Shown: one piece after another, positions 1 to 7,463 of the stretch
How the letters are laid out: the number at the start of each line of letters is the position of its first letter
How positions within the stretch are numbered: the stretch's first letter is position 1
Origin: a virus
Lineage: Duplodnaviria > Heunggongvirae > Uroviricota > Caudoviricetes
Direction: 5' to 3' (one strand)
DNA length: 23,852 nt
IMG/VR virus record: IMGVR_UViG_2585427740_000001
Made by a program: the position numbers and the translations under genes
The notes under the pieces: model-generated
Databases searched by the model: none
What the model saw: the letters and a program-made list of their open reading frames with translations, nothing else
What the model was told of the DNA's origin: nothing

Positions 1-1284
1 TTACTTCTTCGCCTCTGCAACCACTTTACTACCCACGCCGCGGTTATTGTATTCCCACATGCGGTTGTAGTTAGTGTCATTCAGATTGCGCTGTATTTCG
101 TCGTTATCATCTACGCTGCCGGTATTACCCGCAAACGGACGATTAGAGATCACCGCATCGGCCCACGGTTTAGCCGTGTTAAAACCTTCGTTGATGGCGC
201 TATCACGGATCACCACCTGACCGTTGGTATTGGCATCAACATCCAGCGAGCGGCCCAGTTGCGCCACACCATCACCGAAAGCATTGAAACGGCTGTTTAC
301 GGCGAGGAAACCGTAGTAAATGTTGGACAGCGTAGCCGGTGCAAACACATACGCTTCTTGCTGAGTACGTGAGTTCACCACGCGGAATTCGGTGTTATCG
401 AACACCACTGCGCCGCGACCAGAAACGATATCCACATCCCCTTCAATGTAGCTGTTGGTCACCAGCGTACGCGGCTGACGATTTGTTTCCAGACGGTTCT
501 GCACACCGCTGTTGGTGACAAAGAAGGTGTTCTGACGACCGAGAATGTTAACGTTGTTAATCTGTACCTGGTCACCATCAGTACGCAGTGCCACCGCCGG
601 ATGGTTACCTGCATCTACGCTATCGCCCAGCGTGTTTTCGATGGTCAGATTTTGCAGTTGCAGGCCATTGTTTTGTGACCAGAAGACCGCAGAGCAGAGA
701 ACACCGATACTGTCGCTGCGTTTGCTCTGGCAGCTATCGTACATATACCACGCTGGTTTACCTGGCATATATTTGCCGCGCGGGTTGACGTCGTGACGCC
801 AGTCGGCAGGGCTCATGCCACCATCAAGGGAAAGCCCAATCTTCACATCAATCGGTTTTTCACCTGTACCGTACAGAGTAATTCCACCCGGAGCGGCAGG
901 GACATATACCGTTCCCTGATACTCACCAGGCATCACGGCAATATACTGGCGCTTGTTGGTACGCTTGATAATTGCCGCATCTACCGCCGCCTGAATCGTG
1001 GTATGCGTTACACCTTGAGTGCCCGCCGGGCCGACAACAAAGTCAGGTTGCGCAGGCAGGGTAATCGGGGAAGGATTCCACGCTGCAGCACCTGGTGTCA
1101 GGGATGCAAAATAGTGTTGAGCATCGAAATTCTGCGCTTCTTTTGCCGACAGAATCGGGCGAGAAGAGGTACCAGGCGCGGTTTGATCAGAAGGACGTTG
1201 ATCGGGCGGGGTTGAGCTACAGGCGGTCAGCGTCACGCCAAAAGCCAATGCCAGCGCCAGACGGGAAACTGAAAATGTGTTCAC
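1..1284 (-). CDS. ybhC: YbhC-like outer-membrane lipoprotein (pectinesterase / acyl-CoA thioesterase family); chromosomal flank of the lambda attachment site
   Basis: 427-aa ORF complete in window (stop at 1-3). N-terminal signal peptide with lipobox LTAC. Sequence recalled as E. coli YbhC, which borders attB-lambda. Confidence 0.88.
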   Translation of the reverse strand: MNTFSVSRLALALAFGVTLTACSSTPPDQRPSDQTAPGTSSRPILSAKEAQNFDAQHYFASLTPGAAAWNPSPITLPAQPDFVVGPAGTQGVTHTTIQAAVDAAIIKRTNKRQYIAVMPGEYQGTVYVPAAPGGITLYGTGEKPIDVKIGLSLDGGMSPADWRHDVNPRGKYMPGKPAWYMYDSCQSKRSDSIGVLCSAVFWSQNNGLQLQNLTIENTLGDSVDAGNHPAVALRTDGDQVQINNVNILGRQNTFFVTNSGVQNRLETNRQPRTLVTNSYIEGDVDIVSGRGAVVFDNTEFRVVNSRTQQEAYVFAPATLSNIYYGFLAVNSRFNAFGDGVAQLGRSLDVDANTNGQVVIRDSAINEGFNTAKPWADAVISNRPFAGNTGSVDDNDEIQRNLNDTNYNRMWEYNNRGVGSKVVAEAKK

Positions 1285-1330
1285 AGGTTGCTCCGGGCTA
1301 TGAAATAGAAAAATGAATCCGTTGAAGCCT

Positions 1331-1418
1331 GCTTTTTTATACTAAGTTGGCATTATAAAAAAGCATTGCTTATCAATTTGTTGCAACGAACAGGTCACTA
1401 TCAGTCAAAATAAAATCA
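1331..1418. other. attL: lambda-type attL: 15-bp common core GCTTTTTTATACTAA (1331-1345) followed by the P' arm with arm-type Int sites, running up to the int stop codon
   Basis: Exact lambda att core read directly in the sequence. The downstream AT-rich arm (GTTGGCATTATAAAAAAGCATTGCTTATCAATTTGTTGCAACGAACAGGTCACTATCAGTCAAAATAAAATCATTATTTG) matches the recalled attP P' arm. The bacterial side is contiguous with the ybhC 3' flank. Confidence 0.9.
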
Positions 1419-2489
1419 TTATTTGATTTCAATTTTGTCCCACTCCCTGCCTCTGTCATCACGATACTGTGATGCCATGGTGTCCGACTTATGCCCGAGA
1501 AGATGTTGAGCAAATTTATCGCTTATCTGCTTCTCATAGAGTCTTGCAGACAAACTGCGCAACTCGTGAAAGGTTGGCGGATCCCCTTCGAAGGAGAGAC
1601 CTGATGCTTTTCGTGCGCGCATAAAATACCTTGATACTGTGCCGGATGAAAGCGGTTCACGACGAGTAGATGCAATTATGGTTTCTCCGCCAAGAATCTT
1701 TTTGCATTTATCAAGTGTTTCCTTCATTGATATCCCGAGAGCATCAACATGCAATGTTGTTGGGATGGCAATTTTTACGCCTGTTTTGCTTTGCTCGACA
1801 TAAAGATATCCATCTACGATATCAGACCACTTCATTTCGCATAAATCACCAACTCGCTGCCCGGTAACAACAGCCAGTTCCATTGCAAGTCTAAGCCAAC
1901 ATGGTGATGATTCTGCTGCTTGATAAATTTTCAGGTATTCGTCAGCCGTAAGTCTTGATCTCCTTACCTCTGATTTTGCAGCGCGAGTGGCTGCGACCGG
2001 GTTTGTTGTTATATGGCCTTCAGCCATAGCCTCTCGGAATGCATCGCTCAGTGTTGATCTGATTAACTTGGCTGATGCCGCCTTTCCCTCGTCTATGTAT
2101 CCATTGAGCATTGCCGCAATTTCTTTTGTGGTGATGTCTTCAAGTGGAGCATCAGGCAGACCCCTCCTTATTGCTTTAATTTTGCTCATGTAATTTATGA
2201 GTGTCTTCTGCTTGATTCCTCTGCTGGCCAGGATTTTTTCGTAGCGATCAAGCCATGAATGTAACGTAACGGAATTATCACTGTTGATTCTCGCTGTCAG
2301 AGGCTTGTGTTTGTGTCCTGAAAATAACTCAATGTTGGCCTGTATAGCTTCAGTGATTGCGATTCGCCTGTCTCGGCCTAATCCAAACTCTTTACCCGTC
2401 CTTGGGTCCCTGTAGCAGTAATATCCATTGTTTCTTATATAAAGGTTAGGGGGTAAATCCCGGCGCTCATGACTTCGCCTTCTTCCCAT
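1419..2489 (-). CDS. int: Phage lambda integrase (tyrosine recombinase)
   Basis: 356-aa ORF whose translation (MGRRRSHERRDLPPNLYIRNNGYY...) matches lambda Int as recalled. Sits adjacent to attL P' arm and overlaps xis. Confidence 0.97.
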   Translation of the reverse strand: MGRRRSHERRDLPPNLYIRNNGYYCYRDPRTGKEFGLGRDRRIAITEAIQANIELFSGHKHKPLTARINSDNSVTLHSWLDRYEKILASRGIKQKTLINYMSKIKAIRRGLPDAPLEDITTKEIAAMLNGYIDEGKAASAKLIRSTLSDAFREAMAEGHITTNPVAATRAAKSEVRRSRLTADEYLKIYQAAESSPCWLRLAMELAVVTGQRVGDLCEMKWSDIVDGYLYVEQSKTGVKIAIPTTLHVDALGISMKETLDKCKKILGGETIIASTRREPLSSGTVSRYFMRARKASGLSFEGDPPTFHELRSLSARLYEKQISDKFAQHLLGHKSDTMASQYRDDRGREWDKIEIK

Positions 2490-2685
2490 TTCTGATCCTC
2501 TTCAAAAGGCTACCTGTTACTGGTCGATTTAAGTCAACCTTTACCGCTGATTCGTGGAACAGATATTCTCTTCCATCCTTAACCGGAGGAGGGAATATCC
2601 TGCATTCGCGCACCCATCGACGAACTGTTTCAAGGCTTCTTGGGCGTCGCTGGCGAGCGTTCCACTCCTGAAGTGTCAAGTACAT
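2467..2685 (-). CDS. xis: Excisionase Xis
   Basis: 72-aa ORF (MYLTLQEWNARQRRPRSLETVRRWVRE...) matching lambda Xis as recalled. 23-nt overlap with int start, as in lambda. Confidence 0.95.
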   Translation of the reverse strand: MYLTLQEWNARQRRPRSLETVRRWVRECRIFPPPVKDGREYLFHESAVKVDLNRPVTGSLLKRIRNGKKAKS

Positions 2686-2724
2686 CGCAAAGTCTCCGCA
2701 ATTACACGCAAGAAAAAACCGCCA

Positions 2725-2892
2725 TCAGGCGGCTTGGTGTTCTTTCAGTTCTTCAATTCGAATATTGGTTATGTCTGCATGTGCTATCTGCGCCCATATC
2801 ATCCAGTGGTCATAGCAGTCATTGATGTTCTCTGCTTCGATAACTCTGTTGAATGGTTCTCCATTCCATTCACCTGTGACTCGGAAGTGCAT
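2725..2892 (-). CDS. Small hypothetical protein (55 aa) directly upstream of xis
   Basis: ATG at 2892 preceded by GGAG 8 nt upstream. Below the 60-aa ORF-track cutoff; found by hand translation (MHFRVTGEWNGEPFNRVIEAENINDCYDHWMIWAQIAHADITNIRIEELKEHQAA). Confidence 0.45.
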   Translation of the reverse strand: MHFRVTGEWNGEPFNRVIEAENINDCYDHWMIWAQIAHADITNIRIEELKEHQAA

Positions 2893-2974
2893 TTATCATC
2901 TCCATAAAACAAAACTCGCCGTAGCGAGTTCAGATATAATTTCCACCAAAGGCAGTAGTTGCTGATGCTAAGAA

Positions 2975-3403
2975 TTATTCAATATCTATTCCTGTAATAT
3001 CTTTTATCTTTTTCCTTGCAAAGCCTTTTGCTAGTGATTTTGAAACACTTATTAGTGTACTAATTCCCTCATCCTTAAAGTTTGTTTTTATAGTTTGCCA
3101 GACCTCCTTTTGACGCAAGTCAGCAATAAAATCATGCCCTCTTGCTGTCAACCTCAGTGGTACTTCGATCCAACTATATCCAACACCTTCCCCTAACTCG
3201 TTGGACATTATATGACCGAACCCAGGTTTTCCATCAACCCTGACTATTAATTCGTAGTCGCATAATAATCGCATATGGAAAATAAAATTTTGGTCATATC
3301 TATTAAAGCCATTATCCTCTAGTTCACTAAGCATCGTGTCAGGGCCATGAGTTTTTTCGAATGCGATAAGTAGATCTTTTAGATATTGCTGGTCTAATTT
3401 CAT
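2975..3403 (-). CDS. Hypothetical protein, 142 aa, AT-rich orphan gene in the xis-exo accessory region
   Basis: Clean ORF with GGAGG 7 nt upstream of ATG. Composition more AT-rich than the flanking int/xis. No family recognised. Confidence 0.7.
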   Translation of the reverse strand: MKLDQQYLKDLLIAFEKTHGPDTMLSELEDNGFNRYDQNFIFHMRLLCDYELIVRVDGKPGFGHIMSNELGEGVGYSWIEVPLRLTARGHDFIADLRQKEVWQTIKTNFKDEGISTLISVSKSLAKGFARKKIKDITGIDIE

Positions 3404-3431
3404 TGCCGCCTCCGTGACATGTCACAGAGAT

Positions 3432-3770
3432 TTATATCATTAATTTTGTTTCGTGCCAGCCTTTGGTCACCCAGCATTGTGAGTCACCATTACACGGGCA
3501 TGAATTAACAGGAACTCTCTCGCCGCACTTACCGCAACGTTTTCTGCTGATCGATTTTATACGCCAGCGCACACGTGCATCATCCTGGCGGCTCAGTAAC
3601 GCGATGTACTCACCAAACTCGTAAGGCGCATGCCTGAAGCGGCGCGTGGCTCAGTTACGATCCAGCATTTCAATTTCCTGAGCATCAAGTACAAGCTCCA
3701 GCTTACGCATACCGGATGATGCTTGCTTGGCTCTCTGATCGACTTTGCGCTCTGCTGATGATTTAGCCAT
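3432..3770 (-). pseudogene. Small ORF interrupted by an in-frame TGA: 39 codons (3651-3770), opal stop, then 71 further in-frame codons (Cys-rich, CxxC...CxC) ending at TAA 3432-3434
   Basis: Hand translation of the minus strand: MAKSSAERKVDQRAKQASSGMRKLELVLDAQEIEMLDRN*ATRRFRHAPYEFGEYIALLSRQDDARVRWRIKSISRKRCGKCGERVPVNSCPCNGDSQCWVTKGWHETKLMI. AGGA-type RBS before the ATG. Confidence 0.35.
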
Positions 3771-3965
3771 TCTGCTTTTCCTGCATTAGGAGAAAGACAA
3801 TCATGGCGGCGCGGATACTTCCGGTATCTTTTTACTCGATATTACCCTTCAATGGCACATACAAGAAGAGAGCCATCAACAGGAGTGAGTGAGGAATCGA
3901 CAACCAGCAACGCTTAATTATCTATAGTGTCGTATTTGCTTCATAAAATATGGCGAATAACACAA

Positions 3966-3999
3966 AGCCCGCAGCAGCTCATTGTGCGGGCTTTTCTTA
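3966..3999 (+). terminator. Stem-loop (AGCCCGCA / TGCGGGCT, 8-bp stem) followed by TTTCTTAT; candidate intrinsic terminator
   Basis: Inverted repeat 3966-3973 / 3984-3991 with T-rich tail, read directly. Lies between the 4064-4679 gene and the small ORFs at 3432-3770. Confidence 0.4.
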
Positions 4000-4063
4000 T
4001 ACATACTTCCTAGAGATAATTCTATGGAGGCATTAAATTAATACTGTCATTGGTAATATCATA

Positions 4064-4679
4064 TTATCTAAAAGTCTTTCCACTTTTAACGTCTAGGTAT
4101 ATTCTGTTCGACAACGTCATTCCTCCGCAATATGTGAAATAGATGTTTTTCCCCTTATTGCTTGATGCCATCCACCCTCCGATTTCCTTAAAGTCGCTTT
4201 CCGTGCAGACCCCTTCGTTTATTAACTTCCTAGCTGCCGAAGAAAACTCTTTTTTGTATATACGGTAGTCATCAGATCCTTTGATTAAAGTATCATCTCC
4301 GCTCGCATTTTCAGCAGGATCTGATGGCCTTTCACTGCTAAGATCACTAAGTTTAACCCATTCTGAAAACTTGCCATTGACGATTCCGTTTTTTCTTGTG
4401 CAGGATTTATTACCTTCTTTAATATATTCGCTTTCCCCTCCCACACATGAGGCTGAATATGGCTCAGTTATACGAACCCATTCACCTTTTTTTTTCTAGA
4501 AAATCTACGCCTTCCCTGAAAAATAGTTTCCCAGCCACTCCACATTTACTTGAAGGGCAGGTATGTCTTTCCGTTCGATCAACAACAACCCAAAGTCTTG
4601 ATTCATTTTTTGCCATTGCCGATGGTATTTGAGATGAGACAATTAACGTAAGCCCTAAAATTAGTATTGATTTTTTCAT
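4064..4679 (-). pseudogene. Secreted protein gene (about 205 aa if intact) split by a frameshift inside an A9 homopolymer tract
   Basis: Upstream ORF (4482-4679) starts with a signal peptide (MKKSILILGLTLIVSSQIPSAMA) and has a good RBS. It ends at TGA just after nine consecutive A (plus-strand T9 at 4487-4495). The downstream ORF (4064-4444) continues open in the other frame through the tract; removing one A fuses them. Confidence 0.65.
4487..4495. repeat. Homopolymer tract (T9 on plus strand, A9 in the coding strand) at the frameshift point of the 4064-4679 gene
   Basis: Counted directly in the sequence. Confidence 0.9.
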
Positions 4680-4977
4680 TGTAATTTCCTTTTACTTTTT
4701 ACAAAGCGTTTAATCATGGCTGATTATCTTTAAGCGTAGTAACAGCCTTGTGCGAAACATGTTACCAAATCGCCATTTCAGTGTATCCGCAGTTAGGCTG
4801 CCACTTCAAGGATTCCTAATTACATGGTACGTAAGCGTAAAATCCCGTTGGTTGTCGGGTAATAACTCTGATCAAATCTCCCTTGTCTTTTGCTCTTACG
4901 TATGCAGCTCTTGTGTATTCAACCCAGGCCTCCAGTTCAGCAATACGCTTACTTCCATCCGAGATAACACCTTCTAC

Positions 4978-5229
4978 TCACGCTGCTCGTTGAGTTTTGA
5001 TTTTTGCTGTCTCCAGCTCAACACGCAGTTTCCTCACCGTTAGCGCAATATCCTCGTTCTCCTGGTCGCGGCGTTTGATGTACTGCTGGTTTCTTTCCCG
5101 TTCATCCAGCAGTGTCAGCACAATCGATGGTGTTACCAGCTCATGGAAAAGGTCCGCGTCAAATCCCCAGTTGTCATGCATTGCCTGCTCTGCCGCTTCA
5201 CGCAGTGCCTGAGAGTGAATTACGCTCAC
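4978..5229 (-). CDS. Hypothetical coiled-coil protein (83 aa to the first stop); the frame continues for 53 more codons after an in-frame TGA (to TAG at 4816-4818)
   Basis: GTG start overlaps the stop of the upstream TraR-like gene (GTGA overlap). Downstream region 4816-4977 is open in the same frame but has no start codon of its own. Confidence 0.5.
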   Translation of the reverse strand: MSVIHSQALREAAEQAMHDNWGFDADLFHELVTPSIVLTLLDERERNQQYIKRRDQENEDIALTVRKLRVELETAKIKTQRAA

Positions 5230-5447
5230 TTCGAACCTCTCTGTTTACTGATAAGTTCCAGATCCTCCTGGCAACTTGCACAAGTCCGACAACCCTGAAC
5301 GGCCAGGCGTCTTCGTTCATCTATCGGATCGCCACACTCACAACAATGAGTGGCAGATATAGCCTGGTGGTTCAGGCGGCGCATTTTTATTGCTGTGTTG
5401 CGCTGTAATTCTTCAATTTCTGATGCTGAATCAATGATGTCTGCCAT
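5226..5447 (-). CDS. TraR/DksA-family C4 zinc-finger protein (phage-encoded RNA polymerase-binding regulator family)
   Basis: 73-aa ORF with CxxC...CxxC spacing (CCECGDPID...CRTCASC) typical of the TraR/DksA C4 zinc finger. Confidence 0.8.
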   Translation of the reverse strand: MADIIDSASEIEELQRNTAIKMRRLNHQAISATHCCECGDPIDERRRLAVQGCRTCASCQEDLELISKQRGSK

Positions 5448-5545
5448 CTTTCATTAATCCCTGAATTGTTGGTTAATACGCTTGAGGGTGAATGCGAATA
5501 ATAAAAAAGGAGCCTGTAGCTCCCTGATGATTTTGCTTTTCATGT

Positions 5546-5761
5546 TCACCGTTCCTTAAAAACGCCGTTTAACATGCCGATTGCTAGACTTAAATGAGTC
5601 GGTGTGAATCCCATCAGCGTTACCGTTTCGCGGTGCTTCTTCAGTACGCTACGGCAAATGTCATCGACGTTTTTATCCGGAAACTGCTGTCTGGCTTTTT
5701 TGATTTCAGAATTAGCCTGACGGGCAATGCTGCGAAGGGCGTTTTCCTGCTGAGGTGTCAC
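5546..5761 (-). CDS. Hypothetical small protein (71 aa from GTG 5761; alternatively 93 aa from ATG 5827)
   Basis: ORF-track ORF 5546-5827. The GTG at 5761 overlaps the TGA of the upstream 27-aa peptide ORF (GTGA), suggesting coupling. The N-terminal 22 residues of the longer form look like out-of-frame translation of the peptide gene. Confidence 0.5.
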   Translation of the reverse strand: MTPQQENALRSIARQANSEIKKARQQFPDKNVDDICRSVLKKHRETVTLMGFTPTHLSLAIGMLNGVFKER

Positions 5762-5841
5762 TGAACAAGCCCCATGTCGGCAAGCATAAGCACACAGAAT
5801 ATGAAGCCCGCTGCCAGAAAAATGCATTCAGTGGTTGTCAT
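5758..5841 (-). CDS. Candidate 27-aa hydrophobic (single transmembrane) peptide MTTTECIFLAAGFIFCVLMLADMGLVQ
   Basis: ATG overlaps the TGA stop of the upstream 63-aa ORF (ATGA). Hydrophobic core of about 17 residues. Found by hand translation; below ORF-track cutoff. Confidence 0.35.
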   Translation of the reverse strand: MTTTECIFLAAGFIFCVLMLADMGLVQ

Positions 5842-6029
5842 ACCTGGTCTCTCTCATCTGCTTCTGCTTTCGCCACCATCATTTCCAGTTTTTGTGAAAG
5901 GGATGTGGCTAACGTATGAAATTCTTCGTCTGTTTCTACTGGTATTGGCACAAACCTGATTCCAATTTGAGCAAGGCTATGTGCCATCTCGATACTCGTT
6001 CTTAACTCAACAGGAGATGCTTTGTGCAT
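5838..6029 (-). CDS. Hypothetical protein, 63 aa, immediately downstream of exo in the leftward operon
   Basis: ORF with GAGG 6-8 nt upstream of ATG; same strand and spacing as the early-left operon genes. Confidence 0.55.
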   Translation of the reverse strand: MHKASPVELRTSIEMAHSLAQIGIRFVPIPVETDEEFHTLATSLSQKLEMMVAKAEADERDQV

Positions 6030-6180
6030 ACAGCCCCTCGTTTATTATTTATCTCCTCAGCCAGCCGCTGTGCTTTCAGTGGATTTCGGATAACAGAAAG
6101 GCCGGGAAATACCCAGCCTCGCTTTGTAACGGAGTAGACGAAAGTGATTGCGCCTACCCGGATATTATCGTGAGGATGCG

Positions 6181-6861
6181 TCATCGCCATTGCTCCCCAA
6201 ATACAAAACCAATTTCAGCCAGTGCCTCGTCCATTTTTTCGATGAACACCGGCACCATCTCGTCAAAACTCGCCATGTACTTTTCATCCCGCTCAACCAC
6301 GACATAATGCAGTCCTTCACGCTTCATACGCGGGTCATAGTTGGCAAAGTACCAGGCATCTTTTCGTGTCACCCACATGCTGTACTGCACCTGGGCCATG
6401 TAAGCCGACTTTATGGCCTCGAAACCACCGAGCCGGAACTTCATGAAATCCCGGGAGGTAAACGGGCATTTCAGCTCAAGGCCATTGCCGTCACTGCATA
6501 AACCATCGGGAGAGCAGGCGGTGCGCATACTTTCGTCGCGATAGATGATCGGGGATTCAGTAACATTCACGCCGGAAGTGAATTCAAACAGGGTTCTGGC
6601 GTCGTTCTCGTACTGTTTTCCCCATGCCAGCGCCTTAGCATTAACTTCCGGAGCCACACCGGTGCAAACCTCAGCCAGCAGGGTGTGGAAGTAGGACATT
6701 TTCATGTCAGGCCACTTCTTTCCTGAGCGGGGCTTGGCTATCACGTTGTGAACTTCTGAAGCGGTGATGACGCCGAGCCGTAATTTGTGCCATGCATCAT
6801 CCCCCTGTTCGACAGCTCTCACGTCGATCCCGGTACGCTGCAGGATAATGTCCGGTGTCAT
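6181..6861 (-). CDS. exo: Lambda exonuclease (Red-alpha)
   Basis: 226-aa translation ([30 protein letters not shown]...) matches lambda Exo as recalled. Confidence 0.97.
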   Translation of the reverse strand: MTPDIILQRTGIDVRAVEQGDDAWHKLRLGVITASEVHNVIAKPRSGKKWPDMKMSYFHTLLAEVCTGVAPEVNAKALAWGKQYENDARTLFEFTSGVNVTESPIIYRDESMRTACSPDGLCSDGNGLELKCPFTSRDFMKFRLGGFEAIKSAYMAQVQYSMWVTRKDAWYFANYDPRMKREGLHYVVVERDEKYMASFDEMVPVFIEKMDEALAEIGFVFGEQWR

Positions 6862-7306
6862 GCTGCCACCTTCTGCTCAGTGGCTTTCTGTTTCAGGAAT
6901 CCAAGAGCTTTCACTGCTTCGGCCTGTGTCAGTTCTGACGATGCGCGAATGTCGCGGCGAAATATCTGGGAACAGAGCGGCAATAAGTCGTCATCCCATG
7001 TTTTGTCCAGGGCAATCAGCAGAGTGTTAATCTCCTGCATGGTTTCATCGTTAACCGGAGTAATGTCGCGTTCCGGCTGACGTTCTGCGGTGTATGCGGT
7101 ATTTTCGACAATGCGCTCGGCTTCATCCTTGTCATAGATACCAGCAAATCCGAAGGCCAGACGGGCACACTGAATCATGGCTTTATGCCGTAACATCCGT
7201 TTGGGATGCGACTGCCACGGCCCCGTAATTTCTCTGCCTTCGCGGGTTTTGAATGGTTCGCGGCGGCATTCATCCATCCATTCGGTAACGCAGATCGGAT
7301 GATTAC
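6858..7306 (-). pseudogene. bet: bet (Red-beta), 5'-truncated: only the C-terminal ~145 codons remain
   Basis: Translation from ...NHPICVTEWMDECRREPFKTREGREITGPWQSHPKRMLRH... to the C-terminus matches lambda Bet as recalled. The N-terminal ~115 codons are absent and the frame runs into ren-derived sequence on the opposite strand. Confidence 0.88.
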
Positions 7307-7426
7307 CGGTTCGCTACCAGGGAAGAACGGGAAGGAAAGGTGAGCACGAATCTGATTTTCAAGGAGTGTCGCCAGAGTGCCGCGATGAAGCGGGTGTTGG
7401 CATTTTATCGCGGCAATTTTCAATAG
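7304..7426 (+). pseudogene. ren: ren 3' fragment (last ~40 codons: YRFATREEREGKVSTNLIFKECRQSAAMKRVLAFYRGNFQ*)
   Basis: Plus-strand frame matches the recalled C-terminus of lambda Ren (...YYRFATREEREGKMSTNLVFKECRQSAAMKRVLAVYGVKR). It begins abruptly at the bet breakpoint. Confidence 0.7.
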
Positions 7427-7463
7427 ACTATGTACATAAAAATATCATTTTTTTAATACATGT

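Noticed and set aside
545-1316. Several plus-strand ORFs (545-796, 588-788, 793-1215, 1095-1316) inside ybhC
   Set aside because: All are antisense to the complete 427-aa ybhC ORF and have no independent support.
2554-2907. 117-aa plus-strand ORF overlapping xis and the 55-aa small gene
   Set aside because: Antisense to xis (recognised with high confidence) and to a small ORF with a strong RBS.
3651-5229. Selenocysteine or programmed opal recoding as the explanation for the two in-frame TGA codons
   Set aside because: No SECIS-like stem-loop was recognised immediately downstream of either TGA, and the element shows other signs of decay (frameshift, large deletions). Nonsense mutation is the more economical explanation, though readthrough is not excluded.
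7175-7423. 82-aa minus-strand ORF spanning the bet/ren deletion junction
   Set aside because: It starts inside the antisense of the ren fragment and runs through the bet remnant out of frame. Best explained as a chance open frame created by the junction, not a gene.
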